DNA of 64,000 bases from Elusimicrobiota bacterium (GTDB taxonomy: Bacteria; Elusimicrobiota; Elusimicrobia; UBA1565; UBA9628): assembly GCA_023213235.1 (NCBI GenBank), contig CP096137.1, positions 2,350,723 through 2,414,722 of the forward strand, given 5' to 3'. The notes under the pieces were generated by a model, which worked only from the letters and a program-made list of their open reading frames with translations, was not told the DNA's origin and made no database searches. Shown here one piece after another: positions 10,244 through 19,800 of this stretch (position 1 is the first letter of the stretch; every line of letters begins with the position of its first letter). The position numbers and the translations under genes are program-made.

Positions 10244-10335
10244 GAGTCCAGGATAGCATTTAGCCGGCGGCGGGCGGGGAAGGCGGCGCGCGAGAGCAAC
10301 TGGACGCACGCCGGATGAATTGATATTCTCGGCCC

Positions 10336-10854
10336 ATGTTCGACCTGCTTCTCGCCGCGGAAGGCCCACGCGATCCGAAGCGGACGCCCCTGCCCCGCGA
10401 GGACAGGCGCGCGCGGGGAGCCGCCGCCGCGCGGTGCGTGCTCATCATCGACGACAGCGAGGAGGACTACACCCTCCTGCGCGCGGCGTTCGCCGTCAAC
10501 GGCTTCGACAACCTGCGCTGGGCGCGCGACGCCGCGCAGGCGCGCGACTATTTCATGGGCCGGCCGCCTTTCTCCGACCGGGCCGCCAACCCGGTCCCCG
10601 ACGTCGTGCTGCTCGACATCCAGCTCACGACGGCCGACGGCTTCTCCGTCCTCACCTGGCTGCGGGAACAGGCGCCGGCCGTGCGCCGCGTGCCCGTCGT
10701 CATGCTGACCACCTCCACCGATCCCTCGGAGCGCGCTCGCGCCTACGACATGGGAGCGAACTCCTTCTTGTCCAAGCCGACCGGGTTCGACGAGCTGAGC
10801 GCGACGGTCGGGGACCTCATCGGCTACTGGCTCAAGCGCAACCGCCCGGCCTAG
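10336..10854 (+). CDS. Single-domain response regulator (CheY/Rcp1-like)
   Basis: LIIDDS, PDVVLLDIQL, PVVMLTTS, GANSFLSKP. Confidence 0.9.
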   Translation: MFDLLLAAEGPRDPKRTPLPREDRRARGAAAARCVLIIDDSEEDYTLLRAAFAVNGFDNLRWARDAAQARDYFMGRPPFSDRAANPVPDVVLLDIQLTTADGFSVLTWLREQAPAVRRVPVVMLTTSTDPSERARAYDMGANSFLSKPTGFDELSATVGDLIGYWLKRNRPA

Positions 10855-11414
10855 TCCTCGAACAGCTCGGGCGTGAGGATCGGCTGGCGATTGAGCAGGT
10901 ACTCGATCGTGCCGAGCCGGTCCTCATGATAGAACTCGACCTGCTCCAGGCCGATCTCCGCCTTGCCGATCTTCTCTCCGCCGGAGTCGGCGCCGCCGCG
11001 CCGGACCTTCACGTACTCGTAGCCGGAGACGAGCAAGGTCTTCTCGTCCTTCCATGCGAGCTTCGCGCCCTTGCCCCAGGAAAGGACGCGCACCGCGGCG
11101 AACTTGCCTTTGCGCCAGAACACGATCCCGTTGGACAGCGCGACCGCGGCGTGGACGGAGTCCGGCGACCACGCGCACGGGTCGTTCTCGGCCGCGACGC
11201 GCCAGCCGAACTCGCGGACGCCGTGGTTCTTGTCGTCCAGGATTGCGAAGCGCGAGCGCCAGATGCCGTGCCCCTGGGAGACGTCCATCTGGCCGAAGAA
11301 GACGAGCTTGAGCCGGCCGTCGGGCGACGGCTCCTGCGCGGCCCAGCCGTCCTTCACGTGGACCGCCTTGAGCACGGCCTTCTTCACCGCCGCGTCCTTG
11401 ATCTCCTTGGGCAT
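10851..11414 (-). CDS. Hypothetical protein
   Basis: Coding-like composition, Lys-rich, AWSPD motif; no family recognised. Confidence 0.6.
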   Translation of the reverse strand: MPKEIKDAAVKKAVLKAVHVKDGWAAQEPSPDGRLKLVFFGQMDVSQGHGIWRSRFAILDDKNHGVREFGWRVAAENDPCAWSPDSVHAAVALSNGIVFWRKGKFAAVRVLSWGKGAKLAWKDEKTLLVSGYEYVKVRRGGADSGGEKIGKAEIGLEQVEFYHEDRLGTIEYLLNRQPILTPELFED

Positions 11415-11466
11415 GGCATGATTTAACCAGAAAGAGGCGCGGACGAGAACCCGTCCGACGGGCGGG

Positions 11467-12716
11467 CTAACGCCCCAGCAACGCGAGAAGCCCGGTCTTC
11501 GTGAGCTGGTAGTCCCGCCGGCGGTCCGCGTAGAGCATCTTGTAGCTCAAGGCTCTTTGCGCGGCCCCGAGGGCGTCGGGGGAATTCTTGACCCCGCGCT
11601 CGTACTCGTCGAGGGTCCGGGCGAGGTACTTCGAACCCTGCGCGATGCGCTCCTCGGCGTAGTGGACGAGTTCGTGATCGTGCTTGAGGTCTTCCTTGGC
11701 GACGCGCACCTCGGCGTCGAGCGCGAGCTCGCGCTGGACCCGCTGGCGCCCGACGCCCTCCTCCCGCAGGCGCAGCGCGGCCGCTTCCGACGTCGACCGG
11801 AGGCCGTCGAACAGGAAGAAGTTCAGCCTGGCTCCGACCGCCTTGTCGAGGCGGTCCCGCCGGGTCTGATACTCGCGCTCGCGCAAGGTATAGAGGTAAT
11901 AGCCGCCGTAGAGATCGAGCTCCGGCTGCCACCACCGGCCGGCGCGCAGGCGCTCCACGCCGAGAGCTTTTCCGCGAGCCGCCATGTCGCTCGCGTCCGG
12001 GTGGGAGCCGGGCTCGAACGGAGCCGACAGGAGGGATTCGTCGTGCTCGTGGCCCACGGTTTCCGGGGTTCTGAATTTCGACTCGAGCGGCATGCCCAGC
12101 GCGGCGGAGAGCTCGATCTCGAGCAGGAGGGCGGCGTGCGTCAGGCTCTCGCGCTCCTCGCGCAGCTGCGACCGGTGAATCTCGAACTCGAGGCGGTCCG
12201 TGTCGGTGGCGAGCCCCCGGCTGACCCGCCGCGCGGCGACCGCGAGCGTCTTCTCGTTCTGCTCCAGCGCCTCGACGACGATCCGGACCTTCTCCCGCGT
12301 CGAGACGAGCCGCCAATACGCGCTTCGCGCTCCCGCGAGCTCGGCGGCGGCCGTCCTGCGCGCGTCGGCCCCCGCGGCTTGGATCTGAAGCTCGCGTCCC
12401 GATTCCTCCAGCCGGTCTCGTCCGCCGCGGAAGACGTTGACCTTGGCCTCCAGGTGCCCGTAGGGCTGGCTCTTCGGGTCGTGCGTGCCCGTCTTGAAGC
12501 GCTCCGCCCCGGCCTCGCCCGACAAGGTCGGCAGGAACGAGCGGCCCAGCGACCCGGTCCGAGCCCGGGCCGAGTCGACGAGGCGCTCCGCCCCGGAGAC
12601 CGCGCGGTTCTTCTCCGCGACGAGCCGCGGCAGATCCTCGAACGTCACCTCGACCTCCGTTTGAGCGCGGGCGGGGAGGCGCCCGTCAAGAGGAGCACGG
12701 CCAGCAGGCGGCGCAT
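11467..12716 (-). CDS. TolC/CzcC-family outer membrane protein (frameshift in G-run ~12675)
   Basis: ATG 12716 MRRLLAVLLL; restoring one base gives SPARAQTEVEVTFEDL into the 393-aa OEP ORF. Confidence 0.85.
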
Positions 12717-12717
12717 G

Positions 12718-13164
12718 CTAATCCAGGTTGTCGAAGGCGGCCAGCAGTTCCCGGTCGCCTTCCTTGAAGACCGCGTCGATGTTGAACGGCTTGGTCCCGG
12801 CCTTGGGAGCCTTGCCCTTGAACGCGCCGTCCTCGAGGGCGAGCGTGAACGGCGTCTTGCTCGTCTTCTTTTTCTTGTGCGTTTCCAGCACGGCCTTGGC
12901 GGTCTTCGCGAAGCGCGCCGGGTCGAGCGGCTTCATGTCCTTGTCGTAGAGATACACGCGGACGACGCCGTCCTCGGTGCGCGTGAGCTCGGCCTTGTAG
13001 ATCAGCGCGGCCTTCGGGCCGAGCTTGGCCTCCTTGGCCAGCACGACCGCGGTCATGACGCCGCCCATCCTGCCGGCGTCGGTCGTCTTCGGGCCGTGGC
13101 CCTCGTCGTGGGCGAAGGCGGGCAAGGACAGCGACGCGGCGAGCAGAACTCCGAGGTATCTCAT
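12718..13164 (-). CDS. Periplasmic protein with N-terminal His motif (possible metallochaperone)
   Basis: Signal peptide ending PAFA, then HDEGHGPK...GRMGGV; lies between the CusA-like gene and TolC. Confidence 0.75.
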   Translation of the reverse strand: MRYLGVLLAASLSLPAFAHDEGHGPKTTDAGRMGGVMTAVVLAKEAKLGPKAALIYKAELTRTEDGVVRVYLYDKDMKPLDPARFAKTAKAVLETHKKKKTSKTPFTLALEDGAFKGKAPKAGTKPFNIDAVFKEGDRELLAAFDNLD

Positions 13165-16100
13165 AGCATGTCTCCTTTCGCGGCTTTTTCGGCTTCTTCC
13201 TTCTCCAGAGCGATGAGCGCTTCCGCGGGCCCCCGCCCGTAGCGCAGGAACACGGCGGGGGTCACGAAGATGTCGAGCAAGGTGGACGAGAACAGGCCGC
13301 CCACGATGACGACGGCGACCGGGTAGAGAATCTCCTTGCCGGGGTCGCCCTTCGAGAGCAGCAGCGGCACGAGCGCCAGCGCCGCGGTGAGCGCCGTCAT
13401 CAGTACGGGCACGAGCCGCTCGAGGGAGCCGCGCACGATCATCTTCTCGCCGAACTCCTCGCCTTCCTCCTTCATCAGGTGGATGTAGTGGCTGATCATC
13501 ATGATGCCGTTGCGGCTGGCGATGCCGCACAGCGTGATGAAGGCGATCAAGGTCGCCACCGAGAGCGTGCGCTCCGTCAGCCAGATCGCCCAGAGGCTGC
13601 CGATCAGCGCGAGCGGAACGTTGAGCATGATCTGGAGCGCCAGGATCGACGACTTGAAATGGGCGTACAGCACGACGAATATCCCGGCCAGCGACGCGAG
13701 CCCGAGCAGGAGCAGCAGCCGCGACGCCTTCTGCTGACTTTCGAACTGCCCGCCGTATGAGATGAAGTAGCCCTCCGGCAGGCGGACCTTCGCCGCGACC
13801 TTCTCCTGGATCTCCTCGATGAGGCCGCCGAGGTCGCGCCCGTGGGAGTTGGCCGAGACCACGATGCGCCGCTGCATGCTCTCGCGGTTGATCATGTTGG
13901 GCCCGGTTCCCGCGTACACCTCGGCCAGGTCGCCGACCGTCGCGAGGCGCCCGTTCGGCAAAGTCTTGACCACGGTCGCCTCGATGGCCTCGGGGTCGGC
14001 GCGCGACTTGTCGTCGAGGCGCATGAAGATGTCGTAGATGCGCTGGCGCTCGAGCACCGTGCCCACGGCCTCGCCGTTGAGCGCCATCTCGAGGTCCGCC
14101 GCGAGCGCGCCCGGGCGCATCGCCAGGCTCGCCGCCGCCTCCCGGTCCACCGCGATCTTGAGCTGGGGGATCAGCACGAGAGGCTCGAGCGACAGATCGA
14201 CGACGCCCGGAACCTCCCGGAGCACGGCCTCGACCTCCGCGCCGAGGCGGCGGAGCTCGCTGAGCTCCGGCCCCGACACCTTGATCGCGATCTGCGCGCG
14301 CACGCCGGACAGAAGATGGTCGAGGCGGTGGCTGATGGGCTGGCCGATGTTGACCGAGACGTCGCCGGCCTTTTCCACGCTCGCGCGGATGTCCTGGAGA
14401 ACCTGGTCGCGGGGGCGACCGCCTTCCTTGAAGTCGACGTCGATCTCGCTCCAATGCACGCCCTCGGCGTGCTCGTCGAGCTCGGCGCGGCCGGTGCGGC
14501 GGATGGTGGACTTGACCTCGGGCACCGACAGCATGGCCGCCTCGATGCGCAGGCCGAGCGAGTCGGAGGCCGCGAGCGAAATCCCCGGCGCGGCCGCGAT
14601 GCCGATCGTGGCCGTGCCCTCGTTGAAGGCCGGCAGGAAATTGCGCCCCATGAACGGCAGCAGCGCCAGCGACGCCAGGAGCAGCGCCGCGCAGCCCCCG
14701 AGCAGTGCGTTCGGCCTGCGGATCGTGGCGGCCAGAAGCCTCCGGTCCCAGCTCTTGAGCTTGCGGACGACCGCGCCGTCCTCGTGCCGCGCGATCGACT
14801 TGGCGTTGGGGAGAAGGTAGGAGCAGAGAGCGGGCGTCACGGTCAGGGAAACGACCAGCGAGGCGAGCAACGACACGATGTAGGCCACGCCGAGCGGCGC
14901 GAAGAGCCTGCCCTCGATGCCGCCGAGCGCGAAGAGCGGGAGGAAGACGAGCACGACGATGATCGTCGAGAACACGATCGAGTTGCGGACCTCGGAGGAG
15001 GCCTCGTAGACGACGCGCAGCGAGCTCTTCGGCTCCCCGGCCGCCTTGTTCTCGCGCAGGCGGCGGAAGACGTTCTCGACGTCGACGATCGCGTCGTCGA
15101 CGAGCTCGCCGATCGCGACGGCCAGGCCGCCGAGGGTCATGGTGTTGATGCCGAGGCCCATCAGCTTGAAGATGATGGCGCTGATCAGCAGGGAGAGCGG
15201 GATGGCGACCAAGGTGATCGCCGTCGTGCGCAGGTTGACGAGGAACAGGAAGAGAATCACGGCGACCATGATCGCGCCGTCTCGCAAGGCCTCCTCGACG
15301 TTCGAGACGGCGGACTCGATGAACCGGGACTGCTTGAACAGGTCGCCCTCGAGCTTCGCTCCGGGCGGCAGGCCCTTCCGCAGCTCGAGGATCATCGCGT
15401 CGATCCGGCGCGTGAGCTCGATCGTGCCCGCCCCGGGCTGCTTCTGGATCGTCATGACGACCGCGTGCTTGCCGTTGACGCTGGCCTCGCCGCGCTTGAG
15501 CTTCGCGCCGACGCGGACCTCGGCGACGTCCTTGACGAGCACCGGGCGGCCCAGGTGCATGCCGACCGGCGACTCCTCGATCTCCTCCGCCGACTCGGCT
15601 CGGGCCAGCGGGCGGATCAGGAACTCCTTGTCGCCGACGTCGATGAAGCCGCCGGTCGTGTTCTCGCTGATCTCGGAGAGCGAGCGCTTGAGGTCCTCGA
15701 GCGAGATGCCTTTGCGCTGGAGACGGTCACCGGAGACGAGGATTTGGTACTGCTTGACCTGTCCGCCCATCACGACCACCTGGCTGATCCCCGGGATGGT
15801 CATGAGCCGCGGGCGCACCACCCAGTCCGCCAGCGTGCGCAGCTCCATCGGGCTGACGGCGCCGTCCGGGCTCGTGAGCCCGACGAACTGGATCTCGCCC
15901 ATGATCGAGCTGACGGGCCCCATGATCGGGACCATGCCCGCGGGCAGGGAATCCTTGACGAGTTGCAGGCGCTCGGAGACGAGCTGACGGTTGCGGAAGA
16001 TCTCGGTGCCCCAGTCGAACTCGACATGGACGATCGAGATGCCGATGCCGCTCGAGGAGCGCACGCGGACCACGCCGGGAGTGCCGTTGAGCGCCGCCTC

Positions 16101-16307
16101 GATCGGGTACGTGACGAGGGTCTCGACCTCTTCGGGCGCCAGGCCGTGGGCCTCCGTCAAAATGGCCACGGTCGGCCGGTTGAGGTCCGGGAACACGTCG
16201 ACCGGCAGCCGCGAGGCGACCCACGCCCCGTAGGCCGAGAGAACGGCGGCCAGGGCGAGGACGGCGAAGCGGCGGTTCAGCGAGAAACGAATGATGGCGT
16301 CGAGCAT
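13161..16307 (-). CDS. CusA/CzcA family heavy-metal RND efflux transporter
   Basis: MLDAIIRFSL, LPVDVFPDL, GLAPEEVE, GELVDDAIVDVEN, GRAELDEHAEGVH; AAGGGAG RBS. Confidence 0.95.
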   Translation of the reverse strand: MLDAIIRFSLNRRFAVLALAAVLSAYGAWVASRLPVDVFPDLNRPTVAILTEAHGLAPEEVETLVTYPIEAALNGTPGVVRVRSSSGIGISIVHVEFDWGTEIFRNRQLVSERLQLVKDSLPAGMVPIMGPVSSIMGEIQFVGLTSPDGAVSPMELRTLADWVVRPRLMTIPGISQVVVMGGQVKQYQILVSGDRLQRKGISLEDLKRSLSEISENTTGGFIDVGDKEFLIRPLARAESAEEIEESPVGMHLGRPVLVKDVAEVRVGAKLKRGEASVNGKHAVVMTIQKQPGAGTIELTRRIDAMILELRKGLPPGAKLEGDLFKQSRFIESAVSNVEEALRDGAIMVAVILFLFLVNLRTTAITLVAIPLSLLISAIIFKLMGLGINTMTLGGLAVAIGELVDDAIVDVENVFRRLRENKAAGEPKSSLRVVYEASSEVRNSIVFSTIIVVLVFLPLFALGGIEGRLFAPLGVAYIVSLLASLVVSLTVTPALCSYLLPNAKSIARHEDGAVVRKLKSWDRRLLAATIRRPNALLGGCAALLLASLALLPFMGRNFLPAFNEGTATIGIAAAPGISLAASDSLGLRIEAAMLSVPEVKSTIRRTGRAELDEHAEGVHWSEIDVDFKEGGRPRDQVLQDIRASVEKAGDVSVNIGQPISHRLDHLLSGVRAQIAIKVSGPELSELRRLGAEVEAVLREVPGVVDLSLEPLVLIPQLKIAVDREAAASLAMRPGALAADLEMALNGEAVGTVLERQRIYDIFMRLDDKSRADPEAIEATVVKTLPNGRLATVGDLAEVYAGTGPNMINRESMQRRIVVSANSHGRDLGGLIEEIQEKVAAKVRLPEGYFISYGGQFESQQKASRLLLLLGLASLAGIFVVLYAHFKSSILALQIMLNVPLALIGSLWAIWLTERTLSVATLIAFITLCGIASRNGIMMISHYIHLMKEEGEEFGEKMIVRGSLERLVPVLMTALTAALALVPLLLSKGDPGKEILYPVAVVIVGGLFSSTLLDIFVTPAVFLRYGRGPAEALIALEKEEAEKAAKGDML

Positions 16308-16340
16308 CGGGCTCCCTTGCGGCGCGCGCAAGACCGGCGG

Positions 16341-16766
16341 TCAGCGAGTTTCGGGACGAGGCGGGGACGACCGTCCGAGGCGGGAGTTAGGCGGGGGAGC
16401 GCGCCCGGCGGAGGAAGACGAGACGAAACACGTCGATCGAAGCGGCGGCGGATCGAGGGCCGCCGAGGCCGGAGGGCGAGGCAGGGTCGCGTCCGCGGAC
16501 GCCGGCGCCTCGGCGGCGGGACGCTCGAGGCGCGGGCCCGGGGCGAACGTCACGCCGGGCGCGGCGATGCGCGCGACGTCGTCGGTGTGGCGAAGAGCGT
16601 CCTCGTCGTGATGGTCCGCGGCCTCGTGCTCGTGCGCGTGGACGGTCCCGTCGTCGTGGCCGTGGACATGCGCCGAGTCGACCGCGTGGACGAGCGCGAG
16701 CGTCCCGACGGGGCAGAAGGCCGCGATGAAGACGGCGACGCTCATGAACGTCCGGGCGAGGCTCAC
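16341..16766 (-). CDS. His-rich exported leader protein with RAPP motif (probably ends GRAPPA* at 16387 after G-run correction)
   Basis: TGgTATAAC-6 nt-GTG; hydrophobic N-terminus; HVHGHDDGTVHAHEHEAADHHDED; GRAPP near the end; first gene of the metal-efflux operon. Confidence 0.7.
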   Translation of the reverse strand: MSLARTFMSVAVFIAAFCPVGTLALVHAVDSAHVHGHDDGTVHAHEHEAADHHDEDALRHTDDVARIAAPGVTFAPGPRLERPAAEAPASADATLPRPPASAALDPPPLRSTCFVSSSSAGRAPPPNSRLGRSSPPRPETR

Positions 16767-16876
16767 GACACCGTTATACCAGAAGAGTCCCATTACGGCA
16801 AGTGGCGGCCCTCACCGGCTCGTCCTCAACCAACTTTTAATTGGCGCGCCCCGCGTCCCGGCGCTATACTGGCCGG

Positions 16877-17647
16877 ATGAAACGAGCCCTCCCGCTTGCC
16901 GCCGTCCTCGCCGTCTCGACGGCCTGCTCGCACCACCGGCCGGCGTCCGCGCCTTCGAATGAGGGCGCGCTGCGCCCGCCCGTCGCCGACGAGGCGCACG
17001 GGATGCGCGGCGCGGATCGCGAGGCCGCCCTGCTGGTCCAGCGGTCCCATTATCAGAACGTGCTCGACGCCTACGGCCCGCTCGTGCTCGAGGGCGTCGA
17101 CTGGAAGGATCCGAAGAAGCCGGCGCGCTGCGAGATCACGGTGACCTTGCCGGAGACCGGCTACCGCGAGGGCTCCTTCGTCGACGGCCTCCCGGTGCGC
17201 CGCGCCCAGCCGGTCGTGTTCAACCGTTTCCAGCAGCAGGTCGTCGAAGGGCTCACTCGCTGCGGAAGCGAGATGGCCTTCACGTCGCGGACTTGGACGG
17301 GGCTCCAAGACTCGGCGCGCGCGCTCGTCCTGAAAAATTCCGGGACGACGTTCTGCCTGAAGGACGAGGACTGCTACGGCGTCGAGATCCTCGACCCGTG
17401 CGGCGGGCGTCCGGCGCAGAAGGTCTTCGGCTCCGACTCGACGGACCCCGTCTTCTTCATCGCCTACCGGAAGTTCATGCCGGTGCTGCTCGTCAACGTC
17501 GCCCAGCAGGCCCACGGCGCGGCCGCCCGCTTGGGGAAGACGCACCCCGATCACGGCGCCCCGCGCGGCTGTCCGATGAGGCACTGGGAGGAGCGCCCGC
17601 TCGAGGCGGCGTGCGTGCGGAACTCCTGCCGCGCGAAGACGCCTTAG
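16877..17647 (+). CDS. Hypothetical lipoprotein
   Basis: TATACT-6 nt-ATG; MKRALPLAAVLAVSTAC lipobox; several Cys. Confidence 0.7.
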   Translation: MKRALPLAAVLAVSTACSHHRPASAPSNEGALRPPVADEAHGMRGADREAALLVQRSHYQNVLDAYGPLVLEGVDWKDPKKPARCEITVTLPETGYREGSFVDGLPVRRAQPVVFNRFQQQVVEGLTRCGSEMAFTSRTWTGLQDSARALVLKNSGTTFCLKDEDCYGVEILDPCGGRPAQKVFGSDSTDPVFFIAYRKFMPVLLVNVAQQAHGAAARLGKTHPDHGAPRGCPMRHWEERPLEAACVRNSCRAKTP

Positions 17648-17651
17648 CGGC

Positions 17652-18323
17652 TCATTTCCGGGTCAGGGCCGGCTGGTCCAGCCCCTCGATGATCAGCTGC
17701 GCCTGCATCGCCCGGAGCGGGGAGCGGGGGTCCGACGGATCGTCGAAGTTCTTCCCGGGGCACAGCGTGTATTTGTACTGCTGATGCCCCCGGATATCCT
17801 TGGGCGAGATCTTATGGACGGAGATGAGCCAGCGCAGCAGGGTCTTCAGGCTGGCGACCTGTTCGAGCGGCGGCCGCTGCCGCGAGAAGTCCCCGAGAAG
17901 CACGACGCCGATGCTGCCGCGGTTGTTGCCCTCGGTGTGCGCGCCGAGGCGGTCGACCGGGCGCCCCTGGAAGATGCGCCCCTTCCAATCGATCATGTAG
18001 TGATAGCCGACGTCGCTCCAGCCGCGGACGCGCTTGTGCAGGTCCTGGGCCTTGTGGACGTGGTCGACGGCGGCCTTCCAGCTCGCCTTGTTCGTCTTGA
18101 TCGTCTTGACGCCGTCGGTCACGAAATTCGCCGTGTGGTGGACGACGATCCGGGTCTTTTCCTTGTCGAGCGGGATCCGGGCCGCGTTTTCCGCCTTCCA
18201 CTCCGTGCGGGAGTGGATGAACGGCTTCAGCGCGTCCTTCGGGCCGATGCCGGCCGCCGGCGGCGGGAACGCGACCGCGAGAAGGACCAACGACGTCGCG
18301 CCTCGCGGCGTACGGCGGATCAT
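17652..18323 (-). CDS. N-acetylmuramoyl-L-alanine amidase type 2 (PGRP-like)
   Basis: IVVHHTA, RGWSDVGYHYMI, GAHT, IRGH...TLCPG zinc-ligand motifs. Confidence 0.9.
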   Translation of the reverse strand: MIRRTPRGATSLVLLAVAFPPPAAGIGPKDALKPFIHSRTEWKAENAARIPLDKEKTRIVVHHTANFVTDGVKTIKTNKASWKAAVDHVHKAQDLHKRVRGWSDVGYHYMIDWKGRIFQGRPVDRLGAHTEGNNRGSIGVVLLGDFSRQRPPLEQVASLKTLLRWLISVHKISPKDIRGHQQYKYTLCPGKNFDDPSDPRSPLRAMQAQLIIEGLDQPALTRK

Positions 18324-18332
18324 GGGGGAAAG

Positions 18333-18410
18333 TGGGGTGACCGAGGGGACTTGAACCCCCGACCTCAGCGTTCACAGCGCTGCGCTCTAACCAGCTGAGC
18401 TACGGCCACC
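18333..18410 (-). tRNA. tRNA-His(GUG)
   Basis: GGTGGCCGTAGCTCAGCTGGTTAGAGCG CAGCG-CT-GTG-AA-CGCTG AGGTCGGGGGTTCAAGTCCCCTCGGTCACCCCA; G-1:C73 and encoded CCA. Confidence 0.97.
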
Positions 18411-18420
18411 GAAGGCCGAC

Positions 18421-18429
18421 ATTATAGCA
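18421..18429 (-). promoter_or_regulatory. Extended -10 promoter of tRNA-His
   Basis: Minus strand TGCTATAAT, 10 nt upstream of the tRNA 5' end. Confidence 0.75.
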
Positions 18430-18533
18430 CTCCCCGGCGCGTCCGGGCACCGCGCCGATATAGGCCCTTGGGCCTAGGCCCTGCCGGGCCCCCGCCCCAT
18501 GTAGGGGTATCCCGGCGCCGATATACTGAAGTC

Positions 18534-19771
18534 ATGAAGGGAAACAACTCGACGAAGACGACCGCCAGCGTCCTCATCCTCGCCATGGCCGCCCTTCTGT
18601 GCACCCCTCCGGCCGAGGCGAAGACCAAGAAGAAGGCGCCGAAGATGAACCAGGAGGCCCAGGCCCTGATGTCGGCCGGCCTCGCCAACCTCGAGAACGG
18701 GGAAACCTCGGCCGCCGTCTCCAACTTCAACAAGGCCGTGCGCAAGGAAGGGTCGGTTTCCAGCTACTTCCTGCTCGGCTGGGCCCACTACCAGCGCGGC
18801 TTCAAGCTCGGCTCGACCGAGGCCGCCGACCGCGACGACGCCCAGTCCGCGATCGACGCGTACGCGATGGCCCTCGGACTCGACCCCAGCTCAAGGCTCT
18901 GCCGGACGCCTCCCGCCTGTATTTCTCGATGGCGCTGTGCTACGAGGCCGTGAACTCCTACGACCGGGCGCTGGACGCTTATAAGATGGCTTTCCGGGCC
19001 GCCCCCGACAAGCCCCTGATTCCGATGAACGCGGCCCGCCTGCGCCTGAAGATGGGCGACGCGGCCAAGGCCGTCTCCAACATCGATCTCGCGATGGAAA
19101 AGGCCATGAAGAACGGCCAGGGCGAGGAAGTGCGCAAGGCCGTGCGCCGCGACCCGGCGTTCGCCCCGCTCATCGCCGACAACAACACCCGCAAGGCCCT
19201 CGGCATCGGCTCGGCCGAGGACGGGGAGATGGTCGCCGACCTCGGCGCCCGCGGCGAGGAGCTGCGCGACGCGGTCCGCGACACGGCCCCCAAGCCCGTC
19301 GCCCCGGCCCAGGATCCCGCGGTCCTCGAGAAGATCGCGCAGGGCAACGTCGAGTTCAAGTTCCGCCGCTACCTGTCCGCGGTGCAGGCCTACAACGAGG
19401 CCCTCGCCATCGACCAGGAGCGCATGACGCTCGGCGCGCCGCAGACCTCTCAGGTCTATGAGAAGATCGGCATGGCCTACAACAAGCTCGGGTCCTCCGA
19501 CGTGGCCATCCGCTCCCTGCAGAAGTCCCTGCAGCAGAACCCGATGAACCCGTCGGCGCACTACCAGATCGCGATCGCCTACGCGATGTCCGGCAAGACC
19601 GCGGTGGCGCTCAACGCCCTCGGCGAGGCCTTCAAGTCCTGCGCCGGGCCCAACGACATCCGCCGCTTCGTGATGCAGGCGAAGACGGACGTCGAGTTCG
19701 AGGCGGTCCGCGACCTCCCGGGCTTCCGCTCGACGATCGCCCAGTACTCCGATCGCGTCGCCCTGAAGTAG
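18534..19771 (+). CDS. Exported tetratricopeptide repeat protein (frameshift ~18885-18890)
   Basis: TATACT-6 nt-ATG; signal peptide; multiple TPR helices across track ORFs 18468 and 18599. Confidence 0.85.
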
Positions 19772-19800
19772 CCGCCGCCGAAGCCGTCCGCGGAGGATTC

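Noticed and set aside
10336-10854. Orphan response regulator as a novel system
   Set aside because: Stand-alone receiver domains are common and nothing else here supports a special role
13842-16880. 1012-aa plus-strand ORF and similar long ORFs (2061..4970, 2729..4546, 11557..13242, 23732..25660, 31523..33340, 41712..43529)
   Set aside because: Antisense or off-frame shadows of real genes in high-GC DNA; no recognisable motifs
18333-18410. tRNA-His as an island or prophage attachment site
   Set aside because: No integrase and no duplicated tRNA 3' end seen in the window
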